A stretch of DNA of 64,000 nt, from the NCBI GenBank assembly GCA_036785375.1, contig JAWMAR010000268.1, positions 1,860,001 to 1,924,000 of the forward strand, given 5' to 3'. The DNA is from Leucoraja ocellata. Taxonomy: Eukaryota. Shown piece by piece: positions 50,906 through 64,000 of this stretch (the first letter of the stretch is position 1; every line of letters begins with the position of its first letter). The notes beneath the pieces are model-generated. The model saw only the letters and a list, made by a program, of their open reading frames with translations. It did no database searches and had not been told where the DNA came from. The position numbers and the translations under genes were made by a program.

Positions 50906-53455
50906 GTGAGGCCGGGGCGGCGGCTGCGAATGGGGGATCTCTGGTCAAAGCCACGGGGTGGGTGTCAGGTGTCAGGTGAGGGGGAGGGGGAGGGGGAGGG
51001 GGAGGGGGGGGTGCAGGTGAAGGGCTGGAGCAAGCGGGAAGTCCAGGCGAGGGGCTGAGAGGGGGCGGTCAGGTCAGGTACCGGGGGTCAGACGAGAGTC
51101 CGGTGCTACCTCCGGGCAGATTTAAAGTTTCACAATCAAATGAGTTTCACATGTTAACTCATAAAACACAAGCAGTTACTTCATTATTGAGGTCTGAGAA
51201 TTACTAATTGAATTTGAATCTGAATTTCCCTGAAAAGGGGATTAATAACCTATCTATCTATCTAATTTTATTAATAATAGCCACAGCTTAAGGCTACATT
51301 TAAAAAAGAACAACATCTAAAATATTGCAGTATTGGATAATTGAAATCCACCCTCTTAGTGTTATGACAACACTGCCACAGAGTGGTAGGACAAGAGTTT
51401 ATTTAAGAGTTAATTAACCTCGGAAGCCTGATCTGCCCTACATGTATGCACTTTACATTAGAATTAGTTTGAATACTTGTATATATCTGATAGGGGAAAC
51501 AAATGTTTATCAATCATGGCTGATGTATCAGGAGGTGCTACAAGTGACTACAGATGTTGGAATCTTGTGCAAAACACAAAGTGCTGGAGAACTCAGCAGG
51601 TCAGGCAGTATCTATGGAGGGGGAGGGAAATGAACATGTGATTTTTCAGGGTGGGACTCTTTTTCAAACTTCCCCATAGCCAACAATGAACCACTCTACA
51701 TTTTCTTGAACATTGTCTGCTTTGATCTGTCATTTTTGCACCTAATTCTTCCATATCTCTAGTTTCCCTCTCACCTAACTCTCAGTCTGACGAAGGGTCT
51801 TGACCCGAATTGTCACCCATTCCTTCTCTCCAGAGATTCTTCCTGTTCTGCTGAGTTACTCCAGCATTTTGTGTGTCTTTTCTTTTTTTGACCGATCTAC
51901 ATCGATGACTGACTGGGGATGCTTCCAGCACCTATGAAGAACTTGTTGATTTAATCAACTTTATGACTAACTTCCACCTGCCATCAGTCTGAAGTAGGGT
52001 CGAGCCCCGAACCATTGTCTGTCCAACCCTCCACATGATTGAATGGCAGCGTAGACCTGATGGGCCAAATGGCCTAATTCTGCTTTTATAACTTATGCAC
52101 ATATTTGATTGTAACAGTTTGTAATACTAAACCAGAAAAGTGGAACAAATGTGAACATTCTACAAACTCAAAAGATTTGATCCATGATGTGGGAAGAATT
52201 AGGCAACTTGTTAACAGTATAGCTTTAGACAACTGATCAATATGCTATGCCAAGCAATTTCTGAAACCATGACAAGAAGATTGTGTGCTTTAGTAGTGTC
52301 AATTTGCAGGAGATTTATTTTGATGCAGACATTATTAGGTAAAATTCGACTAGAAAAATGTTTGTTTTAAGATGTCACTTTTCCTATGGTTAATACCAAA
52401 ACTATTTAGCACCGATCATTTCCTGCATGTTCCAGCTGATGTCAATTTATTTCCAGTGTTTATACAAGGGCATGAATATAACAATAATGCTGTTGTGTGA
52501 ACATTTCTAGTCATAGCCAATTGAATTATGTTGGCAGTAGAAATGGATTGTAATAAGAAACATTGTGTACAACTAGTTAGCGTTTATTTAAGCAGTATAG
52601 CTCCACGAGTGAAAATGTTGAAAGGCCTTTCACTCACAAAAATAAAAAAAAACATTAACCAGCACAGCTGAACGCTGAACCTAGCCATGCAATGCTGACA
52701 GTGACTGAGTGGCAAAGAGTGTGATGTATTGCACCAGTGGAAAGCAATTGAAAATGACTGCACATGGATGTGAAGTAATTGTGGCATTGATTTATGTTTA
52801 GTTTAGAGATACAGCATGGAAACAAGCCCTTTGGCCCACCGAGTCCACGCCAACCAGCGATCCCTGCACACTCACACTATCTGACACGCACTATGGACAA
52901 TTTACATTCAAGATTCAAGAGAGTTTATCTGTATTAGTAAGGCAGCAACTCTATCACTGCACTGCCCCATGTATATTTGTAACTATGTACATTTAATCTG
53001 GTTCATAACTGCACTATATTTTGAACAATGATAGTTATTACTGTTGGAGTTGTCTGATGTGTTTCCTAAATTTGCAGTTTTTATTTTGTGAGTGAAAGGG
53101 TTTTCCACATTTGTCATCAAGTAAAGATAATGCCTAATGCTACGTGTTAATGACAATGTAGAAGCAAGGAATTGCAGATGCTGGTTTATACCAGAGATAG
53201 ACACAAAGTGCTGGAGTAGCTCAGCAGGTCAGGCAGCATCTCTGGGGAACAAGAACAGGTGACTGCTGAGTTAGTCCAGCATTTTGTGTCTTTTTTTGTG
53301 TTCATGGGTTTGTCTCCAGTGAGATCCTGAACAATGCAAACTGAGACAGAAAGTAAGCCCAGTTATAAGAGTGATTTTCACGCAGTTTCATTTGGAAATG
53401 CTGTACCTCTGTGTTTACAGGACATCACGTTTATAATAAGTGTGTTTTTTCACAG

Positions 53456-53585
53456 CTTGGCTTGCTGGTCGACTACGGGCCAGACGGTATGATGGATGTG
53501 AATGAAAATGAAGCTGACTTAGAAGCAGAACTGGCAATGATTACTGGACAGAAGCCAGCTGGTAGAGGAAACACAAAAGGAAAAG
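53456..53585 (+). CDS. CC2D1A: CC2D1A coding exon 2 (LGLLVDYGPDG...NTKGK)
   Basis: Acceptor tttttcacag, donor GTATGA, 130 nt. Matches human LGLLVDLSPDG...LEAE. Confidence 0.92.
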
Positions 53586-56500
53586 GTATGATACGAGATT
53601 TACCACTTTTCCCGTCCTCATAAATATAATTAGCATAAAGGGTTAGAGCAAGTTTCTTATTGGATGTTATCTCGGCCAGTTGTTTAAAACATCTCTAAGC
53701 TGTGTATTGCTGCAACCTCCCATTACTTTCATTTGAATAACTTTCAATCCTATTCAACAGGCCTTGACCTAATTAGAAATGCGTATAATTATTACACTAA
53801 GACCCACAATAGAAATATTAATACACAGATCCATGCTGAGACCCCAGCGTGATTCAGCTGGGCTGCCAGTAATTCTATTTGTCAGAAGCTGTCAGATGCC
53901 TAGAAAAGATCCTATGGATTTAATACAAAGAGGAGCACTGTAGTTCTTACTGGTACGAAACAATGTTTATCTCCCAGTTAACATAGCCAATATTTAAAAA
54001 TTCAGAAATAAAACATCAGATTTGTTTTTGGAAGTAACCTGTGAACAAATTATTTGGCTCATAAGCTGACCAGATTAAAAAAATATATCAGTAATTTAGA
54101 GATTTTTACATAAGACACGAAAGGTAGCTTCAAAATCTTTCTTTATCCGCAGAAGAAGATTAAACGGATCTTCTGTTTAATATGAAATCCATTACGCAAA
54201 CATAGCTTCTGGCCTTCATTGCAAGGAATAGCATTACGTCATTTTCAAGGTAGACAAAAATGCTGGAGAAACTCAGCAGGTGAGGCAGCATCTATGGAGT
54301 GAAGGAATGGGTGGCGTTTCGGGTCGCGACTCTTCTTCAGACATTTTAAAGGTTATTTTTCTTTTGCATCTTTTCTGAGTGAGGGCTGAGGTGATTAAGG
54401 GCAAGGAGTAAACAATTCCTCCTACTTGTGTCAGGGTATCTGGCACTTTTGGATCAGTCTTGCAATGCACCAGGTATATTTTTCCCTGTCAGATCTTTTA
54501 GACAAAACTCTAATTAGAAGGGTTTTGGCCCGAAATGTTGCATATTTCCTTCGCTCCATAGATGCTGCTGCACCCGCTGAGTTTCTCCAGCATTTTTGTG
54601 TACCTTCGATTTTCCAGCATCTGCAGTTCTTTCTTAAACACTAATTGCCACCTCTTTTTTTCGATTTCATTTAACTGCGATCAGTACTGTATTACTTTAC
54701 AAAACAGTTTGCATTTATATGGAAGATGGACACAAAATGCTGGAGTAACTCAGCGGGACAGGCAGCATCTCTGGAGAGAAGGAATGGGTGATGTTTTGGG
54801 TCGACCCTTCTTCAGACTAAGGTTTCAGACAGAGTTAACATGGATTTAGGCAATCATGTTTGACAAATATGTTGGAATGTTCTGAATTTGTACCTGGCAG
54901 AATAGATAAAGGGGGAGGATCGATGGTTGTGGTTTGCTTGTACTTTCAGAAGCTTGTTGATGAGATGGCACACACGGTTATTGAACAGATTTAGAGTGAA
55001 ATCAGCATCTCTAGAGCAAGATACTATCGTACTTCGAATGGGTTGATGAAAAGTCGGCATATATATAGGTCACCTTTGGGTTAGGAGGCTGGGATTAGTG
55101 GGGTACCATGAGAAGATGCTGGGGCCCCAACTGTTCACAATCTGTCAGTGATTTGGATGAGGGAATCGTGTAAACATTGTCATTGCTTTGCATATCTTTC
55201 ATTCATTTGTTCTATTGCTCTATATCACCATCTATATCTCTCAGTTCCATATTTTTATATAGCTCCATAGGTGCTGCCTCACCTGCTGAGTTTCTCCAGC
55301 ATTTTTGTCTACCTTCGATTTTTCCAGCGTCTGCAGTTCTTAAACATGTATATCTCTCATTTCCCTTTTCCCTAACTGTCAGTCTGAAGAAGAGTTTCGA
55401 CCCGAAATGTCACCGATTCCTTTTTTCCAGAGATGCTGCCTGACCCACTGAGTTATTTCAGCTGTTTGTCTATCTTCCTTGTAAAAAATATAAGCAGGTT
55501 TGTAGATGATAAAAAGTTGGGGAGCAGTGTGCATTATGAAGAGGGTGCAGAAACCTCTGGGTTATAGATGGGTTAAGTGCGAGAAAGCAAGGACATGTCA
55601 AATGGAATATAATGAAGCAAAACATGAAGCTGTCCTTTTTGTTAGAAACAATGCAGTAATCTGTTAAGAGACTGAAATGTGTTAGTGTTAATGAGACTTT
55701 GGTGTCTTTGTATGTGTATTACTGTAAATTAATATGCACTTATGACAATGAATTAGAAAGCACAGCACATGTTATTATTTGGTGTAAGAGCATTTGAGAA
55801 AAAAATAATAGATTAATCTTACAACAACATACTAAATCATACGGAATGTGTCTCGAATATTGTGTACAGCTCTGGGCTTACTATCCAAGAACGAATAGAG
55901 AGTGTGCAATGAACAATTGTCAAATTAATTGCTGGGTCAGAGGGTTTCTCTCATGTGGAGAGACTAGATGAGCTGGGTCTGTGCTTAATTAGAATTTAGC
56001 AAACTAAGAAGTGATCATATGGAACATAACCTTTTTGATACAGTAGGTGCAAAGTTTGCCCTGATGCGATTTCTTTAAACCAGTGGTCACAATGTGAAAA
56101 TAAGTACTCATCCATTCAGGGCTGTGGAGAGTTGTATTTCCCGAGGGAGCAGTGAGCCTTTGTAGTTTTCCACCCAGAATCGTGAACATCTGTTCAATGA
56201 GAATACACAGTGGAAAATAATTGACTGATTTTATTTTTTGATATTTGGGAATATGTGGTTAGTGCCTGAAAGTGACAGTTAAAAGATCAGCCGTGTTATA
56301 ATTAAATGCTGAAGTAGAGGCAGGGGGCTGAATGGCCATCCTCTGCTTCTGTTTAAGATAGACACAAAATGCTGGAGTGACTCAGTGGGTCAGACAGTAT
56401 CTCTGGAGCAAATGGATAGGTGATGTTTCAGGTTGGGACCCTTCTTCAAACAGACTCTGCTTCTTTTCTGAAGAGACCCAGTCTGAAGAAGGGTCTCGAT

Positions 56501-56991
56501 CCGGAACATTACCACTTCCATCTATCCAGAGATGCTGCCTGTCCCGCTGAGTTACTCCAGCATTTTGTGTCTATCATTTGCCTCTCTTCCTCTGTTCCTG
56601 TTTCTTGTGCTTGTGACGTGCCGACGATATTAATTTGAAATCTGCACGCTGCACAAAATGTTTGTTCACTGAATGAAGCAGCAATGTAAAACAGGTTAAT
56701 TTTTACTGCAAATTAACATGCAGGTGCAACACATCATAGAGAAAACAGAGTATGTGAACATCTGTAAGAGCAATTAAGTACGAGTATAAATGTACAGCAA
56801 CATTCTTGCTGAATGTGTCTGGAATATTGTGTGCCGGTCTGGCCTTATTATCATTTGAAAGACATATTTAGGAAAGAAAGGTGCAGAGTGAACAATTGTT
56901 AGATTGACTCCTGGATTAGAGGGTCTATCGTGTGAGGAGAGACTAGATAGACTGGGCCTGTGTTTATTTAGATGGTCTCTTGCTTTTGTAG

Positions 56992-57098
56992 CTCCACTCC
57001 CAATGGAAGCGATTGAGAGAATGGCTGCTCTGTGCATGAAGGATCTGGATGAAGAAGACATTGATGATGATGTGGACGATGATGACGCAGACTTGATG
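56992..57098 (+). CDS. CC2D1A: CC2D1A coding exon 3 (APLPMEAIERMAALCMKDLDEEDIDDD...DLM)
   Basis: AG acceptor and GTAAAG donor, 107 nt, phase 1->0. Matches human PLPMEAIEKMASLCMRD. Confidence 0.93.
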
Positions 57099-58896
57099 GT
57101 AAAGATGTTTTCTCATTATATATTTGATTTGTTTTGCCTGAGCTGAAGCCCAGTTCTGGTTTTTATTGTTTTCTGTGGCCCTACACCATTTAAAAAAAAA
57201 AAAGAAAAAAAGGGCAGTACATTGGCGCAACAGTAGAGTTGCTGCTTAATAACGCCAGAGACCCAGGTTCGATTCTGGCTACGGGTGCTGTCTGTACGGA
57301 GTTTCCACGTTCTCCCCGTGACCGTGTCGGTTGTCTCCGGGTTCTTCAGTTTCCACTCGCATTCCAAAGACGTACGGGTTTGTAGATTAATTGGCTTTGA
57401 TAAAAATTGTAATTTATCCCTCGTATGTACAACAGTGCTAGTGTGGGGGGTGATTGATGGTCGACGCGGACTTGGTGGGCTGAAGGACGTATTTTCGCAC
57501 TGTATCTGTAAAGTAAAGTCTAAATTAAAATAAAGGACAGATCTATGATTGAAACTTCAGGTCTCAGCAGAATAGCGGCAATGTTACCTGCAATAATACT
57601 TGGATCGTTAAATATTCAAACTGGGAATCTTTTTTTCCTTTTGAAACCAAATAGGCTATTGAGCTAGTTATACTTGATTTCCGACAGGATTGTTATTGAT
57701 TCAGCACGCATATTGTGGGCTTAAGGACCTGTTCCTGTGCTATAATGTTCAGTTCTAAAACCTGCAAAGGCATCCTGCATTTTGTGTTTAAATAAGGCAC
57801 ATCTTATATCTGATTCATGTGTACGTGCAGAAAAAGCCTGCGGTCGTGCTGGTGTGACTACCATTGTCTTGCTCAACATTCTCCGATCGAAACTTAAGAG
57901 CCTTTTATATCCCTGTTAGTTGGGCTAATAACAGAAATACCTTGGTGATTTAGAAAACTAGGTGTCTGATTAATAATTTATCAGTTTGAATCTAAGTGTT
58001 TGTTTGACTACAGGTGTTAAAATATTCATGTACAATGCTGCCAACCCTCCTTGTACTATGTAGAAAGGTGCTGCAGATGCTGGTTTATATCAGTATAAAA
58101 AATACCAATTCCGGCATTTTGTATCTACCTTTTACTACAACTGTTTGCCGCATGTTATATATCTTTGTATTGAAGAATATTGGGTTTTTTTGCAGCACAA
58201 ATGTTTAGGGAGAATGGATTTAAATAATCCCAATTAGCGCTACATTCTGAAGTGGCATTTGAGTACAATAGGGAGGCATGACAGCTGCTACCTGCTGCGT
58301 AGACATGTCAAATCCACCGTTGAATCTTTGCTGCTCCTCACTCTGCCTTTGTTACACCATGCTGTTAGTATGCATCCTGTCTATCATTATGCTTTTCACA
58401 GCCTTTCTTTTAATGTGTGGGAAGGAACTGCAGTTGCTGGTTTAAACCGAAGATAGACACAAAAATCTGGAGTAACTTAATGGGACAGGCAGCATCTCTG
58501 GAGAGAAGGAATGGGGGACTTTTCAGGTTGAGATCCGTCTGAAGAAGGGTCTCGATCCGAAATATCACCCATTCCTTCTCCGGAAATGCTGCCTGTTCTG
58601 CTGAGTTACTCTAGGATTTTGCATCTAGTTACAAGTATATCTTTTCTGAAATAGGAAGACCAGATACATGAGAGAGTACAAAATACAGCTGATAGTACTC
58701 CAGATTTTTGGGTCTATCTTCCATTTCTTTTAATGTTCTCTTTCTTGGATTTTGTTTAAATAGCTGAGATTTGCTGTCCTGGGCATTACTGCTGCAGAGA
58801 CAGCCAAGAGCTGGCAGTTTCATGAGCTCCAGTCATGCATTTGAATTTAGATAATTCTGCGTAATTGAAGACTATTTTAAGTTACTACTTTTCCAG

Positions 58897-58989
58897 GCAG
58901 AATTGAATGAAGTCCTTGAAGATGATGAACCAAGTATGAATGTCACCCAACCTGCAGAAACAAAACCTACGCCTGACAGAACTTCACAG
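58897..58989 (+). CDS. CC2D1A: CC2D1A coding exon 4 (AELNEVLEDDEP...RTSQ)
   Basis: Acceptor cttttccag, donor GTAGAT, 93 nt. AELNEVL is conserved. Confidence 0.9.
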
Positions 58990-61232
58990 GTAGATTAAAT
59001 TTAATTTACATTCATGTTTTAAAATGAAATAAATATATTACATTTGCATTTCTTGCAGTTGCCATTTTAAGTTACATTTGGAATGTAGACTTTTAATTTC
59101 CTTTAAAGCGTGGTTCATTTAGCAATGAAGGCACGGTAAACTAGATGCTGTAATCTTAAAACATAAAGTGTTGGAGGAACTCAGCCAGTCAGGCAGCACC
59201 TGCGGAGGGACATGAACAGATCAATTGGTCTGAAGAAGGATCTCATCCCAAAATGTCATCTGTTCCTTTCCTTCCACCGATGCAGCCCGACCATTGCATT
59301 CCTCCAACACTTTGTGTTTTGATTTGGCAATGAATGTTTCCAGCCCCAAGTTTAATCTCTGCATTATTACTGCCATGAAAGTCAGCAGGGACAGAGTGAG
59401 CCTGTTTCTATGCTGTCTCAGTTCAGTTTAGATAAATGTCACTTAGTTCAATGAAACGTTTTTATTGCGTGCTATTCAGTCAGCAGAAGACAATGCATGA
59501 TTACATTCGAGCCATCCGCGCGCGGTGTGCAGATACATGATAATTGGAATGGCGTTTAGTGCAAGGTAAAGCCAAGGTCTGATCAGAGATGGTCCGAGGG
59601 TCACCAATCAGGTGAATAGTAGTTCAGGACCGCTCTCTAGATGTGGTTGGATGGTTCAGTTGCTTGATAACAGCTGGGAAGAAACAGTCCGTGAATCTGG
59701 AGGTGTTTGTTTTCACACTTCTATACTTTTTGTCCGATTTCTCGTTTTGCCTTTTTCAATGCTCTTTGACTCTTTTAAGTTTTAAGGGAAGACTAATATA
59801 CGATACGATAAACTTTATTCATCCCCGGAGGGAAATGGGTCTGCCAACAGTCACAACAAGGTACACGAAAACTTGAAATTAAAAGTGAAAGTAAAAAGGA
59901 CAGGTGATTGTTGGCTGGCTGCCGTGTGCACAGCGCCTAAACCGGAACGAAGGAACAAACAAACAAACACAGGCTTATTCCCTGGGCAGAGGATTCTAAA
60001 ACTCCAACCCCAACAGAACAAGTAGCTTAAACAGAAACGCTAAAATACATTAATTTTGCATTGCTGATTCATGGGAAGCAGAATGCACAATTAAGAAGAA
60101 ATTGGATGAATAATTGAATATAAAAAGGGAAATTAATAAAGAAGACAAATGTCTTTAAAGCCACTTGGTCATGTTGAGGAGAAATCTTTGTACTGTATGT
60201 GGTCGTAGAATTTAATCTAAGGTGTCTACCTAGATTAATATTGAGTAGTCAGATTTGTTCTTCTGGGACTAACATCTATCTTCAGACCTAAAAATGTTAA
60301 CTGAGGCTTTTTTCCTGACCTTGGGACCTTGGCAACTGGAATCTTTGCCTTATCAGCATTCTGGACTGGACTCTCACAACGCACCAGAGTTTAATTCTTA
60401 ATAGAACTCGGTCTACAGAATGTTATATTAAATCAATATGCACAAGGAAAAGCTCTTGCAAAGTGCTATGGGAGGATGGGGTAGTGCGGGGGTATAATCT
60501 CAAAGTAGCGATTGTCCATTCAAAACAGAAAAGAATAATTAAATCTGAGGATTGTACATCTTTGGAAATGTTCTGCCTCACCAGAGGTGTAGTTACTGCT
60601 CAAGCAGCCGAATCAGTTACTGTCCCGTTTCTTGTGTTCTTTTATCAATCTGTTGTCCTAGCAACGCTCTAGCGATCAGAAGTATTTTCTTGGTTTAGTA
60701 CTTGTGCTCAGTAAGGTGGTGCAGCGGTAGAGTTGCTGCCTTGCAGCGCCAGGGACCCGGGTTCGATCCTGATTATGGACACTTGTCTGGACGGAGCTTG
60801 TACGTTCCCTCTGTGACCGTGTGGGTTTTCCCCGGGTGTTCCGATTTCCGCTTACACTCCAAAGACATCCACGTTTGTATGTTGGTAGACACAAAATGCT
60901 GGAGTGACTCAGCGGGTGAGGCAGCATCTCTAGAGAGAAGGAATGGGTGACGTCTAGTGTCTCGACCCGAAACGCCACCCATTCCTTCTCTCCAGAGATG
61001 CTGCCTCATCAGCTGAGTTACTCCAGCATTTTGAGTCTCCCTTCGATTTTACCAGCATCTGCTGTTCTTTCTTACACACGTTTGTAAGTTAACTAACTTT
61101 GGTGAAAAATATAAATTGTCCCCAAATGTGTAGGGTAGGGCTAGTGTATGGTGATTGCTGGTCGGCTTGGACTCAGTGGGTCAAAGGGTCTGTTTCTGCA
61201 CTGCATCTCTAGTTTAGTTTAGTTTAAAATCA

Positions 61233-61539
61233 AAGCCCTGTCCCATGGTACGAGTTCATTCCAAGACCTCCCGAGTTTGACCTGATTCGAACTCAGAGAT
61301 TTACGGTAATGGCCACTCGTCGGTACTCGGGGCTCTCGTGGACATTTTTCAACATGTCGAAAAATCTTCACGAGTCTTCCTGTGCTTACCTGCCGTTAGC
61401 GAGTCTTCCCGAGTACCTAAGAGATGTCCCCGAGCTCCGACGTACCCGCTACGTTCATTCTCCGTGCTTACCCCGAGTTTGATTTTTGTTTAGGCTCGGG
61501 AGAGCTCTTGGAATGAACTCGTACCGTGGGACAGGGCTT
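61233..61539. mobile_element. MITE, PIF/Harbinger-like
   Basis: Termini AAGCCCTGTCCCAYGGTACGAGTTCATTCCAAGA and its reverse complement. 3-bp TSD TCA (61230-61232 and 61540-61542). Confidence 0.85.
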
Positions 61540-61617
61540 TCACAGCGTGAATTGTTGTAGATAGCGTTGCACTCTTAAGATCATGAACTAATTGAGTGTG
61601 CCTCTGTTTAATTGCAG

Positions 61618-61749
61618 CTCAGTACATCATCTGTAGGCAGCCTGGAAGGCACCCTGGTGGAGAGGATTGACATGTACAAATGTGCGATAGACAATGCGAA
61701 ACAATCTGGCGAGAGCTCCAAACTGCGAAGATACGAACGTGGCCTTAAG
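61618..61749 (+). CDS. CC2D1A: CC2D1A coding exon 5, first DM14 repeat (LEGTLVERIDMYKCAIDNAKQSGESSKLRRYERGLK)
   Basis: AG acceptor and GTTAAA donor, 132 nt. DM14 signature. Confidence 0.93.
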
Positions 61750-62940
61750 GTTAAAAATATCCACTAGTTTTGTAGATATGGTGATCAAAAAAGCTTTTGG
61801 CACGTTGGCCTTCATTAGTCAGAGTATTGAGTATAGAAATTTGGAAGTCATGTTGCAGTGATACAAGACATTGGTGATGCCACATTTCGAGTATTGCCTT
61901 CAGTTTTGTTCACCATGTTATAGGAAAGATGTCATGTTGGAAAGGGTGTGGAGAAGATTTGACGATGATGATTCTTTATTGCCACATTTACCTAAGGTAC
62001 AGTGTAATTTTTTGTTTTGCATTGCATGGACAAAGTATGCAAAGTCGCCACATATAGGGTGCCTGAAGAAGTGCCCATAGGGTGTCTGAAGAAGGGTCTC
62101 CACCCGAAAAGTCACCCATTCCTTCTCTCCAGAGGTGCTGCATGTCCCGCTGAGTTACTCCAGCTTTTTGTGTCTATCTAGGGTGCCAATGATGTGTACG
62201 TGGATGTTGCCAGGACTCTGGGGCCTGAGCTGTAGGGAGAGTTTGAGCAGAGGTGACTCTATTCCTTGGAGCGCAGTGGAGGATGATGAGGTGTGATCTG
62301 ATAGAGGTGTACAAAATCATGAGAGAAATAGATCGGGTAAATGCACAGTCTTTTGACCACAGTAGGGTTATCGAGAACCGGAAGGAATAGGTTTATGCTG
62401 TGGGAGGGAAGATTTAATAGGGAGGTGGAGAAGAGGGGTAACCTTTTTACACAAAGAGTGGTGGGTGTATGGAACGAGCTGCCGAAGGCGGTAGTTCAGG
62501 CAGGTACTATGGCGACATTTAAGAAACATTTTGACAGGTACATGGATAGGATGGGTTTAGAGGGATATGGGCCAAAAGCAGGCAGGTGGGAGCAGTGTAG
62601 ATTGGACATGGTGGTCCGCATGGGCAAGTTGGGCCGAAGGGCCTGTTTTGCTGCTGTGTGAATGACTTTGGTGCTCCTGTACAATTAGAATTGTTGGATC
62701 TTGTCTGTTTCCGTGGGGCAATGCCAACTGAACGTTGAGTTTCGGAACTTGTTGCTGGTGTGAGTTTCAGGCCTAGGTTGTCTTATGTCCTTACATTGGG
62801 CTGGAGCTGTCACTTTCTGACCACTGGAAGCCCTTTGAGCTCTTTTAATGGTCAAGGACACCTGGATTGTGGAGTACAGTCAAATGAGAAAAAAAAAATT
62901 TTTAGTCCTATTAATGATTTTTTTTTTTCTTTTCTTTAAG

Positions 62941-63280
62941 ACTCTACAATCGATGTTTACATCTGTGAAGAAAGGGAAGCAGATTGATGAAGAAGACATC
63001 CCACCCGCCGTGGCTTCCGGGAGAAATAATAACACAGCCACTCCACCCGCCTCGGAGACAGCAACACCCTCAACAGGGGATCGGTCTTTGTTGATCGACC
63101 TTTCTGTGCCCACAGAGCACCCTGTGCCACCGCCAAAGCCTGCAGCACCTGCTCTGCTACCCAAGCCAAAGATGTCCGTACCCCAAGTTATTGCTCCATC
63201 AGCCGCAGAGCAAAGCCCACGGGCACTGCCGGTACCCGCAAAAATAGAAACAACCATCGCTGTGTCTAATAACAAAGCAG
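62941..63280 (+). CDS. CC2D1A: CC2D1A coding exon 6 (TLQSMFTSVKKGKQIDEEDIPP... proline-rich linker); gene continues beyond the window
   Basis: Long pyrimidine-tract acceptor, donor CAG|GTAGGA, 340 nt. Completes the DM14 repeat. Confidence 0.92.
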
Positions 63281-64000
63281 GTAGGATTGGAATTCTCCAA
63301 CCTGTCCAATGCTTTCTATTGTTGTAGACATACAGCTAAGAAACAGGCCCTTCGGCCCAGCTTGCAACATGTCCCAGCTGCACCCACCACCCTTTGTGTG
63401 AAGAAATGACCCCTCAAGTTCCTATTAAATCTTTTCCCCTCCACCTAGTTCTTGATTTTTCTACTCTGGGCATGAGACTGTGCATCTACCCGATCTATTC
63501 CACGTGTAATGTTAATGTAACTGCAGATGCTGGACAAATCGAAGTTAGACAATTCAGATTCAGATTCAATTTTAATTGTCATTGTCAGTGTACAGTATAG
63601 AGACAACGGAATGCATTTAGCATCTCCCTTGAAGAGCGACATAGCAAACGATTTGAATAAAAATAATAAGTGAATAAAAATAATAAGTGATAAGTAATAA
63701 AAACAATAATGCTAGAGAAACTCAGCGGGTGAGGCAGCAGCTATGGAGCAAAGGAACAGGTGACATTTCGGGTCGAGACCCTTCTTCAGACGTAGATGTA
63801 GGAAGGAACAGCAGATGCTGGTTTAAACCGAAGAGGAGGTACTGTGCGAAGAAGGGTCTCGACCTGAAAGTTCTCTCAATGTTGATGCAATAAGTGATAG
63901 GAGCTGAATTCGGCCCTTCGGCCCATCGCATTGACTCCGCCATTCAACCCTGGATGGTCTATCTTTCCCTTTCACTCCCGTTCCCGTTCTCCTGCCTTCT

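Larger units (their letters stand above)
49960..51120. promoter_or_regulatory. CpG-rich bidirectional promoter between BRME1 (-) and CC2D1A (+)
   Basis: Sharp rise in GC/CpG content. E2F-like TTCCCGCC (49988), NRF1-like TGCGCCTGCGC (50014), eight ZNF143/SBS-type motifs, YY1-like GCCGCCATTTT (about 50446). Flanked by head-to-head genes. Confidence 0.85.

Overview
This is eukaryotic, repeat-rich vertebrate DNA, almost certainly from an elasmobranch (skate or ray). The evidence is the HE1/V-SINE, CR1, Rex1 and Penelope repeat content. The window holds the syntenic block known from human 19p13. In order: a mir-181 pair (7.5 and 8.7 kb, +), intronless nanos3 (17167-18003, +), a convergent BRME1/C19orf57 (9 coding exons reconstructed in frame, 44972->26932, -, 1088 aa), and, head-to-head across a CpG-rich promoter, the first six coding exons of CC2D1A (50846->63280, +). 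The most notable observations: (1) about 30 short Penelope-derived elements carry a minimal hammerhead-ribozyme-like core, and some form perfect 76-bp palindromes; their likely parent, an internally deleted GIY-YIG Penelope, is in the window. (2) A copy of the nanos3 poly(A) region is inserted 5 kb downstream, just behind a phase-compatible candidate alternative last exon. (3) A minisatellite built from ZNF143-type sites sits in the BRME1/CC2D1A bidirectional promoter. (4) A MITE hairpin lies inside the mir-181 cluster. All calls were made by eye without database searches. Repeat boundaries are approximate and the repeat list is representative, not exhaustive.
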